Below the pieces are notes generated by a model that worked only from the letters and a program-made list of their open reading frames with translations, was not told the origin of the DNA and ran no database searches. Shown piece by piece: positions 8,786 through 18,238 of a stretch of DNA of 64,000 nucleotides. The DNA lies in contig CAWHCF010000046.1 of NCBI GenBank assembly GCA_963827655.1, positions 1 through 64,000 of the forward strand, written 5' to 3'. Source of the DNA: an uncultured Acidobacteriota bacterium (GTDB lineage Bacteria; Acidobacteriota; UBA6911). The position numbers and the translations under genes are program-made. Positions within the stretch are counted from its first letter, which is position 1. Each line of letters opens with the position of its first letter.

Positions 8786-9828
8786 TGTTTATGAGCAATA
8801 AGATCCGTCTTCAATATGAGCCGTCGACGACCGCCAGCCGTTGTCCTTATCGCTTGCTGGATCGCACAGATCGGGAGATCAAATGGGCCTGTCAGTTTCT
8901 CGATGCCCAACAAATACGCGGCCTCTCTCCGGCCTCCCTGCGAGCCTATGGCTACGACCTGTTGAACTTTTCCAAGTGGTTGCATAAAACACGATCCTCT
9001 GTATCCAGTCTCAACCAAACGTGTCTGCTCAGCTACGTTCGTTACCAACTCAACTGCCAACCTAACCCCACCCCTCAAACCATCAATCATCGACTGGTTG
9101 TCTTACATTGTCTTTATCGATTTCACTATGGTTGCGATATCCCCCAGGGCCAAGTTACCATCCAGTCTAGTTATAGAACCCGCAACCCTCTCGGCTATGG
9201 AAAACCTCGACGCCGACTGGCCCGCTTACGATTGAAGCAACCACGTCGGGTCGTGATTCCTCTTACCGCCGATGAGGTTGCCCGCTTCTGGTCCAGCTTT
9301 CGTTCTTTTCGTGACCTCAGCCTTGTCGCTTTGATGCTCTTCAATGGCCTCCGCTCGCGCGAGACTATCCAAATTCAACTCGAAGACCTCCATATCTCCC
9401 AAGCCCAGCTCCGCATCCTCGGAAAGGGCAAAAGAGAAAGAATCGTTCCCTTAGCCGACGAAACTATACAGATACTGCAACGCTACCTAGACGTGGAACG
9501 ACCTCTGGGCAACTCCTCTTATCTCTTTCTTTCTCTCAAAGGCCCCCATCGAGGCCAGCCCATGACTTGCGCCGGCCTGCGTTCTCTGTTTCGCCATCAC
9601 CGCCGCTGCAGTGACGCTCCTCAAGCGAATGCTCACCGCTTTCGACATACGTTCGGCTCCGATATGGTCCGCGCCGGCTTGTCCTTGCCGGCTCTGATGC
9701 GACTGATGGGCCATTCCAATATTCACACCACCATGCTTTACGTCGAACTCTCCCGTGAAGATGTGTGGCGCGAGTATCAACTTGCGCTTCAGCGCCGGGC
9801 TTCACTTCCTCCGCCAAAGGTCCCATGA
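8782..9828 (+). CDS. Tyrosine recombinase/integrase 1
   Basis: SAM-like N-domain (SLRAYGYDLLNF); catalytic GLRSRE, GKGKRER, HRFRH, LMGHS, TTMLY. Confidence 0.95.
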   Translation: MMFMSNKIRLQYEPSTTASRCPYRLLDRTDREIKWACQFLDAQQIRGLSPASLRAYGYDLLNFSKWLHKTRSSVSSLNQTCLLSYVRYQLNCQPNPTPQTINHRLVVLHCLYRFHYGCDIPQGQVTIQSSYRTRNPLGYGKPRRRLARLRLKQPRRVVIPLTADEVARFWSSFRSFRDLSLVALMLFNGLRSRETIQIQLEDLHISQAQLRILGKGKRERIVPLADETIQILQRYLDVERPLGNSSYLFLSLKGPHRGQPMTCAGLRSLFRHHRRCSDAPQANAHRFRHTFGSDMVRAGLSLPALMRLMGHSNIHTTMLYVELSREDVWREYQLALQRRASLPPPKVP

Positions 9829-10991
9829 ATAGACATCGGCAAGACCTCCAACAATTATTCGACTCTCACATTCAAAATCTCGCCCTAACCCTACGTCCCA
9901 ACTCCGTGCTCAGCTATCGAACCGCTGCCAGTTGCTTCCTCAACTACCTTGCTTCTTCTTATCCTCAGATTAACCGGTTCTCCCAGTTGCGCCGCGCTCC
10001 TCATATCCTGGGTTGGCTGCGAACCCTCTGTGAGAAAACACCCCCCTATAAGAGCGCAACCCGAATAGCCTATTTGATTCGTCTTCGTCGTCTGCTCCAA
10101 GACCTGGCTTCAAATCAAAAGAATTCAGGCGAACAAGACCTCATTGTCTCGGAAGATTTTCCTCCCCTTGATGCCTATCTCCCTAAGCCCCTTTCTCCAG
10201 AGGACGATCGTCTCCTGGATCAGCAACTCCGTAAAAATCCGGACCTCTCCCATACTGGCTTGCTGCTCCTGCGCGCCACCGGTATGCGAATAGGGGAATG
10301 TGTTAGTCTTTCTACAGACTGCCTGCGACATCTGCAAAAGGACCAGTGGGTCCTGCGAGTCCCGCTGGGAAAGCTTCACAACGAAAGATGGATCCCCGTC
10401 GACGACGAGATCCGCAAATTCATAGCCCGCCTTCTGTCGTTGAGAAACTTGGCCCTCAATACCTCCTCAAATCTCCTGATCCCACAACCCCGCGGACATC
10501 GTTATGCCGGCGAGGTTATCAGACACTCTCTTGATGCTGCCGCAAAGCGTGCGGGTTGCTCCACCCACATTACACCGCACCAACTTCGGCACACCTTCGC
10601 AACCGAAATGCTACGTGCAGGCATGAGTCTTCCGGCTCTAAAGGAGCTGCTCGGTCACAAATCGATCCTCATGACCATGCGCTACATCGATGTCAGTCAG
10701 ATCGATCTGCAGCAGCAATACCTCCAGACGCGCCAAAAAATAGCCAGTCGCTACATCGTTCCTAAACAACCGCTAGCAAAAAACAGAGCGACTCAAGCGA
10801 CAACATCGGGCATCCATACAATCTGCGCCTCAGTGGCTGCTGCACGCCACATGCTGGAGATGTACAGACGTCGACATACCGATAAACACCTCGACAAGAA
10901 ACTAAAGCGATTCATATGCCGGCTGGATCGCGTTGCAAAAAACTCTCGCAGCTTGACAGCACCCCAAAATGAGAACAAATTGGCCGGTCAA
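9825..10991 (+). CDS. Tyrosine recombinase/integrase 2 (no stop at element end; reads through)
   Basis: ATGA overlap with YR1; catalytic GMRIGE, LGKLH, HQLRH, LLGHK, MTMRY. The last codon inside the TIR is CAA (10989-10991) where TIR symmetry predicts TAA. Confidence 0.92.
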
Positions 10992-11036
10992 GTCACCGTA
11001 ATTGCGAACAGCCGCACTAAGGCAAGGGAAGGGTTC

Positions 11037-12776
11037 ATGACGAGAATAAGGATCTACTGGCTGGTGATCCTTTTGCCTCTTTACCTGGAAGACCCACGCG
11101 CGTCCGCCGCGCAAGAGAAGGCGGATCTCGTCGTGGTGAACGCAAAGGTCGTGACCCTGGACAAGGAATCTCGCGTGGTCGAGGCTTTCGCAGCGCGGGA
11201 GGGCAAGTTTGTCGCGGTCGGGAGTACGACGGAAATCAGGGGATGGGTCGGGCCTCAGACCAGGGTGATCGATGCGCATGGCAAGACCATTGTACCCGGG
11301 ATCATCGAAAGCCATTCTCATGCGTCGGCCGTAGCCCGGGCCGAGGCGGCCGAACCTTACCAGGAGATGACCTCGATCGCCGTCATTCAGGAGTGGGTCC
11401 GACGCGCGGCTCAGAGAAAACCTGAAGGTGAATGGATTGTGATTCCCCGATCCTACCCGAGCCGCCTCCGTGAACGCCGCTTCCCTTTCCGGGCCGAGCT
11501 TGATGCTGCGACCACTCGCCATCCGGTCGTTTTTGACGGAGCCTACGCGCATGTGTTGAATAGTCTTGCTCTGGAAAAGGCAGGTATTCGGCGCGATTCG
11601 CCCCCCCTTGCGGTCGGTGAAATCGTCCGGGATGCCGCCGGTGAACCGACCGGGCTCCTGCGGAATGCGCGCGGTCTTCTGGGCAAGTTTTTTCCTGCGC
11701 CCAAAGTCTCCAGCGTCGAGGTCCTGAACCGTCTCGAAGAACTGCACCAGATCTATGCTTCCCTCGGGATCACCAGCATGATGGAACGGGCTGGAAGCAT
11801 CGAGGATTATCGAAGGTATGAGGAACTCCGGGCGCAGAATCGCCTGAAGCTTCGCACGCGGTTCACCCTTCGGCTGCCTGGGACGACGTCAGCGGAAGCG
11901 GAGAAGTTTATCGGGAACTTACCTCTGAAGCCCGGCGGCGGCGACGAATGGCTGGCGCCTGGGCCGCTGAAGATCACGGTAGACGGTGGCATCCTGCTGG
12001 GCACGTCGTTCATGCGCGAGCACTACGGCGCAAAAGCCGTGGCGCTCTACAGCCTTACGGATCCTGATTACCGCGGCAGCCTCAGTCTCGAGCCCGAAAG
12101 CATCACGGCCCTGATCACCACCGGCCATCGTCTGGGGTGGCAGATGTCCGCTCACGTCACCGGCAACGCCGGGGTCGACCTGGTGCTCGACGCCGTCGAA
12201 GCCGCCGGGAAAATCCGGCCCATCGAAAAATCGCGCTTCAATCTCATTCACGCATACTTCCCCGACGCGGCCACAACGGCGCGCGCCAGGAAGCTCGGCG
12301 TCTGCCTCGACACCCAACCCGCCTGGTACTTCAAAGACGCCGACGCCTTGCTGACCGCCCTGGGCTCCGAACGGCTCAGCAAGTTCGTAGGGGTGCGCGA
12401 ATGGCTTAAAGCAGGGGTTCCGGTCGCAGCCAACACCGATCACATGCTGGGCATGGATCCCAATCGGGCGCTGAATCCTTTTAATCCCTTCCTCACGATG
12501 TATGTACTGGTAACCCGCAAGACCGAAGGGGGACAGGTGATCGGCGCGGCCCAAAAAGTGTCGCGCGAGCAGGCGCTGAGAATGATGACGCGGGACGCAG
12601 CCTACCTGACTTTCGACGAAGACAGGAAGGGTTCGATCGAAGCGGGCAAATTTGCGGACTTTGCAATTTTATCGGATGATTACCTGAGCTGTCCGCCGGA
12701 GAAGATAAGGAACATTCAAGCCGATACCACGATTGTGGCAGGCCGCGTAATCTACGAGCGCAAACCGGCGCCGTAG
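11037..12776 (+). CDS. Secreted amidohydrolase (YtcJ/amidohydrolase 3 family)
   Basis: Own ATG with upstream purine-rich RBS and a signal-like N-terminus; motifs IVPGIIESHSH, LKITVDGG, SAHVTGN, LIHA, KGSIEAGKFADFAIL. Confidence 0.9.
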   Translation: MTRIRIYWLVILLPLYLEDPRASAAQEKADLVVVNAKVVTLDKESRVVEAFAAREGKFVAVGSTTEIRGWVGPQTRVIDAHGKTIVPGIIESHSHASAVARAEAAEPYQEMTSIAVIQEWVRRAAQRKPEGEWIVIPRSYPSRLRERRFPFRAELDAATTRHPVVFDGAYAHVLNSLALEKAGIRRDSPPLAVGEIVRDAAGEPTGLLRNARGLLGKFFPAPKVSSVEVLNRLEELHQIYASLGITSMMERAGSIEDYRRYEELRAQNRLKLRTRFTLRLPGTTSAEAEKFIGNLPLKPGGGDEWLAPGPLKITVDGGILLGTSFMREHYGAKAVALYSLTDPDYRGSLSLEPESITALITTGHRLGWQMSAHVTGNAGVDLVLDAVEAAGKIRPIEKSRFNLIHAYFPDAATTARARKLGVCLDTQPAWYFKDADALLTALGSERLSKFVGVREWLKAGVPVAANTDHMLGMDPNRALNPFNPFLTMYVLVTRKTEGGQVIGAAQKVSREQALRMMTRDAAYLTFDEDRKGSIEAGKFADFAILSDDYLSCPPEKIRNIQADTTIVAGRVIYERKPAP

Positions 12777-12784
12777 CGAGCAAC

Positions 12785-12875
12785 TAATGACAAATGACAG
12801 GTGACAAGTGACAAATGAAAAATGACCAATGAAAGCGCCCTCTGTGCATTGATCATTGGTCATTTGTCATTTTTC
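12785..12875. repeat. Heptamer-periodic (AATGACA-like) tandem repeat with inverted half forming a hairpin
   Basis: AATGACAAATGACAGGTGACAAGTGACAAATGAAAAATGACCAATGAAAGC...TCATTGGTCATTTGTCATTT. Confidence 0.8.
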
Positions 12876-13431
12876 ACGCCGCTCGTCGATTTCATGAAGC
12901 TACGTGAGCGACGACGACTGATTGCGATGATGACGCCGGCCACAGCGTCTCGTTCGGTCGGAAGACGCAGGTGCTGGAGGAAGGATTGCGTGCAATTGGC
13001 ACTGGGGCATCAAGGACCGCCTGGCCCGAGCTGGACACGCGCAGGCTTCAGCGTGATTTGGTGGACGCTGAAATCTCATTGCTGATGCTTCGATGAGGGG
13101 TCACGATGGGAAGCGATTGCTGCGGCGGATATGCGGTTCAGCCGAACAGAGCGCGTGCGTCTTGAGATTCGGTGGGCTTGGTCCGCGCGATGGCAAGTGC
13201 CTGCACGGCTAGGTGCTCGATCGCGGCGACATTCTCACGCAGGTGCCGGTGCGAGTTGGCGAGCGCACGGATGAAGGATCGGGTCAGCGGTGGATCACCG
13301 CGGATGTCACGCTTGCTGCGCTGAGCTCGCCGACTACGCCATTGAGGTCGTGATTCAACGCGAGAGCGGCGAGCAGCGCGTCCTGACGCCGGTGCGGGTC
13401 GTCAGGTGAGCCGTACAACGATGAGATCGCT

Positions 13432-16121
13432 CTAGTCCTGGCGCAGCGCCATCATCGGATCGATCCGCGCGGCGCGCCACGCGGGCAGGAGCGTGGCCAG
13501 CAGCGCGACGCAGACGAGGAACGCGGCCGCGCCGACGAACGACACGGGGTCGCGGGCCTCGACGCCGAACAGCAGCGACGCGAGGTAGCGGGTGCCGGCG
13601 AACGCCGCGGCGAGCCCGAGCACGAGCCCGACGCCGACCGGCACCATGCCCTGCCGCACGACGAGCGTGACGACGCTGCCCGACCGGTGCGCCGAGCGAT
13701 CGACGAATGCCGATCTCGGGCGCGCGCTCGGTGACGAAGTACCCGAGCACGCCGTACAGCCCGACGGCCGCGAGCACGAGCGCCAGCACACCGAACAGGC
13801 TGAAGAGCGTCGCGCCGAGACGGAACGGCAGCACGTCACCGCGGATCCTCTCGGCGAGCGGCTCCACGGACACGAACGGCAAGTCGCTGCGCAGGCCCTG
13901 GAGCGCGGCGCGCACCGCCGCCGCGTCTCTGCGCCGGGTTGCGCGTCCTCACGATGAGCGAGGGAGTGCCGAAGGGAACCGCATTCGGCGACTGCGCCCA
14001 CGCCAGGAACACTCGCGGCTGCGGCTCGTCGTCGAGATAGAAGCGACGCTCGGACTCGACGACGCCGACGATGCGCGTGCAGCCGCCACGCTTGACCTGC
14101 CTGTCGAACGGCACACAGAGTCCAAGAGCGTCGCCATCCGGCGCGATCAGTCGCGCCATCGCGTCGTTCACCACGGCCACGGGTTCGCCGCCTCGCCGGT
14201 CCGTCGCCTCGAAGGTGCGACCGCGCAGGAGCCGGGTGCCGGCGGCCTCGAAGTAGCCGGGACCAGCCACGGTCGAGGATCCCAGGCGTCTGCTGGATCG
14301 TCGATTCACCCGGCCTGGCCCAGAACGCCACCGGCATCCCGCCGTGGAACGGCTCGAGGTGGACGATCGCTGCGCGCTCGACGCCGGGAAGATTCGAGAG
14401 CCGCGACGAGCGCGCTCTCGTAGAACGCCTGGCGCGTCTCCGGCGTGTAGCGGGCGCGCCGCAGATCGACTCTGGCGACGAGCACGCGATCGACGTCGAC
14501 GCCGCTGTGAATCGCATTCACGTGCTGCAGCGACCGCACGAACAGGCCGGCGCCGACGAGGAACGCCAGCGACAGCGGCGATCTGCAGCACGACCAGCGC
14601 CCGGCGCGTGTGGTTCCGTCGTCAGCGCGCCGCCGGCGCGCGAGTCCTTGAGCGCCTGTCCGGGATCGACCTGCACGGCGCGGATCGCGGGAAGGATGCC
14701 GAAGAGCAGCGCCGGTCAGCAGCGAGACGTCCCAGCGCGAACGCGAGCAGTCGCGCGTCGATGCGTCCGGCCGACGGCGGCAGCGGGAACTGCTGCATCA
14801 GTCCCATCGCCCAGTACGCCAGGACCACTCCGGCGACGCCGCCCAGCAGCGCCAGCACCGCGCTCTCGGTGAGATGCTGCCTCGCCACGCGCCACGCCCC
14901 CGCCCCGAGCGACAGCCGAACCGCGAGCTCGCGGCGCCGCGTGATCGCCCGCGCCAGCAGAAGGTTCGCCACGTTCGCGCACGCGATGATGAGCACGAGC
15001 GCGGCGACCAGCGCCAGCCACAGCGACAAATCGCCGCCGCTCGTGCCGTCCGAGCGCTGCCGCCAGCACGATGGGAGACATCAATACTTCCGGCGTCGGA
15101 TCGAGCTCCGCGTCCGCGGCACGCAGCGCAGCGCTTCCGCCGCCTGCCGCGCCGCGGTCGAATCCTCGGCGCCCGGCGCCAGCCGGGCGACGTAGCGCGA
15201 CACAGAAGCAGTCGACCGTGCGCCAGTCGCCGTCGGCGCTCAGCCAGCCCGAGAGGTCCGGCCATCGACGAGGGCAGCCACACGTCGACGCCGTCCGCGT
15301 CGATGCCGGCGAAGCCCTTCTCGGTGACGCCGACGATCTCGAGCAGCACGCCGTTCACCAGCAGGGTCTTGCCGACCGCGTCGGCCGCGCCGCCGAAGCG
15401 CGACTGCCACATCGCGTGGCTGATGACGGCGACCGGGTGCGCGCCCGGCACTCCGTCGTCCTCCGCGACGAAGAACCGGCCGAGCGCGGGGCGGATCCCC
15501 AGCACGCTCCAGGAAATCGTGCGAGACCACACTGGCGCGCACCTGCTCCGCTTCGGCGCCGCGACCCAGATCGACGAGCTCCGGAGGCAGGTACGCCCCG
15601 ACGCCGGCAAGCGCCGGCCCGCTGTCGCGCATCGCGACGTAGTCGACCCACGAGCCCGGCCCGCCGATCGGCGTCTGCATGTGGCCCGCGTCGCGTTTGA
15701 TGTACAAGCCTGGCGCACCGATCCCGGCGTCCGCTACCCCGGCCGGCGCACGCAGGAACAGGCCATCGACGACGCTGAAGATCGCCGTCGTGCCGCCGAT
15801 GCCGAGCCCGAGCGTCGCGACCGCGGCCGCGGTGAAGGCCGGCTGCTTGCGGAGCATGCGAGACGCAAAGCGCACGTCCTGCCACACGCTCTCGACGACC
15901 GACTCCCAGCCGACGTCCCGAACCCGATCCTTCACCGCTTCAACGCTGCCGATCTCGACGCGTGCGGCGCGAACGGCGGCGTCGCGGCTCATGCCGCCGG
16001 ACATTTTCTCTTCGGCGGCCGTCTCCAGGTACTCCCGCAGTTCGTCGTCCAGGTCCTGTTCCGCGCGGTTCTTCTGGAACAGGCCACGGAACCCGCCGAT
16101 GACGCGGCTGAAGATGGTCAT
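13432..16121 (-). CDS. ADOP-type duplicated ABC permease (MacB/FtsX domains), multiply frameshifted
   Basis: Fragments: AEQDLDDELREYLE..WQDVRFASRMLRKQPAFT..LGIGGTTAIFSVV; LIIACANVANLLLARAITRRRELAVRLSLGA; EIGIRRSLGA; LPAWRAARIDPMMALRQD. Very high GC. Confidence 0.88.
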
Positions 16122-16472
16122 CACAACTCTCCCAGTGAGGCCTTGAGGATTCTCGAGATGGCGGCGGTCTGGACCTCCCAATCGCGCGCCTCGTGCTTGA
16201 ACCTGGCGCGCCCCTGCGCGGTCAGCCGGTAGACCTTCGCGCGCCGGTTGTTCTCGGTGACCTGCCAATCGCCTTCGATCAGGCCGTCGCGCTCGAGACG
16301 GCGCAGCGCGGGAAAGAGCGATCCGGCGTTGACGAGGAAGACGCCTTTGCTGATCTGCTCGAGGCGGGCGCCGATCCCGTAGGCGTGCATCGGTTCGAGC
16401 GCCAGCGTCTTCAGGATGAGCATGTGCAGCGTGCCCTGCACCAGGTCGGTTGGCTTTGCCTCGGCCGGCCAT
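16121..16472 (-). CDS. PadR family transcriptional regulator (acidobacterial type)
   Basis: DLVQGTLHMLILKTL..MHAYGI..GSLFPALRRLE..W..TENNRRAKVY. ATG at 16472 with GAGGAGG RBS needs a 1-nt correction. Translationally coupled to the permease. Confidence 0.92.
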
Positions 16473-16498
16473 GGCGTCGTCCTCCTCGCGGTCTCATC

Positions 16499-16546
16499 TA
16501 GATAAACTAGACAAGCGAAGGATACGCCTCTTATCTAGTTTGTCAA
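16499..16546 (-). promoter_or_regulatory. Sigma-70 promoter overlapped by an inverted-repeat operator (probable PadR site)
   Basis: On the minus strand, TTGACA (16546-16541), 16 nt, TATCCT (16524-16519). Arms TAGATAAACTAGACAAG and CTTATCTAGTTTGTCAA. Confidence 0.7.
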
Positions 16547-16593
16547 GGGGGAGAGAGAAGCTCAACAGGGGAGGGCAAAAAGTTGGAAGTCGA

Positions 16594-16788
16594 TCACTCG
16601 GAGCGCAGAACGGACATCGGATTCACGCGCATCACCAGGCGGGTGGGTATGAACGCCGCTGCCGCGGCGATGGCCAGCATCAGCAACGGCGCGCCAATGA
16701 AGGCGACCGGATCGTAGGGATAGACCCCAAACAGGACGGAGTGGAGGAGCCGCACGGCGGCTGCCGCGGCCGCACCGCCGAGGGACAT
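16594..16788 (-). pseudogene. C-terminal remnant of a second ADOP/ABC permease
   Basis: ..VRLLHSVLFGVYPYDPVAFIGAPLLMLAIAAAAAFIPTRLVMRVNPMSVLRSE*. The 5' part is cut off at the heptamer repeat. Confidence 0.8.
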
Positions 16789-16807
16789 GAAATGACAGAT
16801 GACAGAT

Positions 16808-18172
16808 CACTGCTGTCCGGTAAACGATCGGGCGTGTTTCCGTAACTCGTTGGATACATAAAAATAATCAGGATTTTCGAGTGTTGACGATTACAGAGTT
16901 TTTGAACGGATTTCCGGTGCACCACGGTAGCCGGATCCCAATGACCAACTGTCATCTAAGCTTTGGGTATTCGAAGCGAGGAATGACCCATGTATGTTGG
17001 CAGTTTGGTCTTTGCTCAGTTGATGAGTCTGTTGCCACTCCATGCTTTCCATCGTTGTGTGCAACGCTACGACGGACATAGCTACGTCAAGAATTTTTCC
17101 TGTCTAGATCAATTTCTCGTCATGGCTTTCGCACAACTGACTTTTCGCGAAAGCTTGCGAGACATCGAAGCGTGTTAGCGTGCCATTCCCGGCGAGCTCT
17201 ACCACATGGGAATTCGCAGTACAGTGGCACGCAGCACGCTCGCCGATGCAAACGAAGCCAGCGACTGGCGCATCTTTGCCGACTTCGCTCGAGTTCTGAT
17301 TGGTATAGCACGAGGTCTTTACCGCGACGAAGAGTTAGGTATAGAGATGGACGAAACGGTCTATGCGCTGGACGCTACCACGATCGATTTGTGCTTGGCA
17401 CTCTTCCCATGGGCCAAGTTCCGGCAGCACAAGGGAGCCATCAAACTCCATACTCTGCTGGATCTGCGCGGGAGCATACCCTCCTTTATCCATATCACCC
17501 ATGGAAAGGTACACGATATCAAGGTTCTCGATGAGCTAATTCCCGAGCCGGGTTCCTTCTACGTGATGGATCGTGGTTATCTCGATTTCAGACGCCTGTA
17601 CGGTCTCACACAGAACCTGGCTTTCTTCGTTGTTCGCACCAAAGAGAATCTCCAATCCGGCGACTCTACTCACATCCCGTCGACAAATCCACGGGCTTGC
17701 GTTGCGATCAGACTATAGTCGTGACCGGGCCTTTAACATCTCAGCTCTACCCAGAGAGATTGCGCCGTGTCCGATATGTCGATGCTACCACCCTCAAGCG
17801 CTTTACTTTTCTGAGCAACAATTCTGTACTTTCAGCACTGACGATTACTCAACTCTACAAATGCAGATGGCAAGTGGAGCTATTCTTCAAGTGGATCAAA
17901 CAGCACCTGCGCATCAAAGCCTTTTACGGAACGACGGAGAATGCCGTAAAGACACAAGTCTGGATTGCAATCTCGGTTTAAGTGTTGGTGGCGATTCTCA
18001 AAAAGCAACTCAATATGGACCTGAGTCTCTACACAATTCTACAGATATTGAGTCTCACGCTTTTCGAGAAAGCCCCAATTTAAAAAGTACTTACAGAATT
18101 CACTAACATGATTCAGGAGTCTGATACTTCTAGTCAATTGAAACTAATCGACTAATGACAGAGACACTAATG
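16808..18172 (+). mobile_element. IS4-family insertion sequence (decayed)
   Basis: Left end CACTGCTGTCCGGT; degenerate right end GACAGAGACACTAATG. Heptamer repeat units lie on both flanks. Confidence 0.75.
16990..18155 (+). pseudogene. IS4-family DDE transposase pseudogene (DUF4372 + DDE domain)
   Basis: Motifs MAFAQLTFRESLRDIE, ALDATTIDLC, YVMDRGY, LYKCRWQVELFFKWIKQHLRIK. Frameshifts near 17176 and 17655, plus in-frame TAA at 17979 and ~18080. Confidence 0.9.
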
Positions 18173-18236
18173 ATAGACAAATGAGAAATGACCAATGAAA
18201 GCATTTCCTGTCATTAGTCATTTTTCATTCGTCATT
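18173..18236. repeat. Heptamer-periodic hairpin repeat (right part; left part at 16787-16807)
   Basis: ACAAATGAGAAATGACCAATGAAAGC...TCATTAGTCATTTTTCATTCGTCATT, similar to 12785-12875. Confidence 0.75.
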
Positions 18237-18238
18237 CC

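Larger units (their letters stand above)
7709..10991 (+). mobile_element. Two-tyrosine-recombinase mobile element (Cys-rich ORF, wHTH ORF, YR1, YR2)
   Basis: TIRs TTAACCGGCCAAT (7709-7721) and ATTGGCCGGTCAA (10979-10991), 12/13 match. Direct repeat GTCACCG at 7702-7708 and 10992-10998. Visibly more AT-rich than the flanks. Confidence 0.88.

Noticed and set aside
7709-10991. Classical RIT element, integron integrase or prophage
   Set aside because: It has only two recombinases, no recognisable IntI-specific insertion or attC sites, and no phage structural genes.
9765-12776. 1003-aa ORF as an evolved integrase-amidohydrolase protein family
   Set aside because: The junction coincides with the element end, and the amidohydrolase has its own ATG, RBS and signal peptide. 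It is best treated as read-through (see finding).
12785-12875. Heptamer and 9-mer tracts as CRISPR arrays
   Set aside because: There is no repeat-spacer periodicity and no cas gene. These are short tandem degenerate units.
12880-13420. Possible gene or ncRNA in this unassigned stretch
   Set aside because: I found no recognisable ORF, motif or structure. It may be decayed coding sequence.
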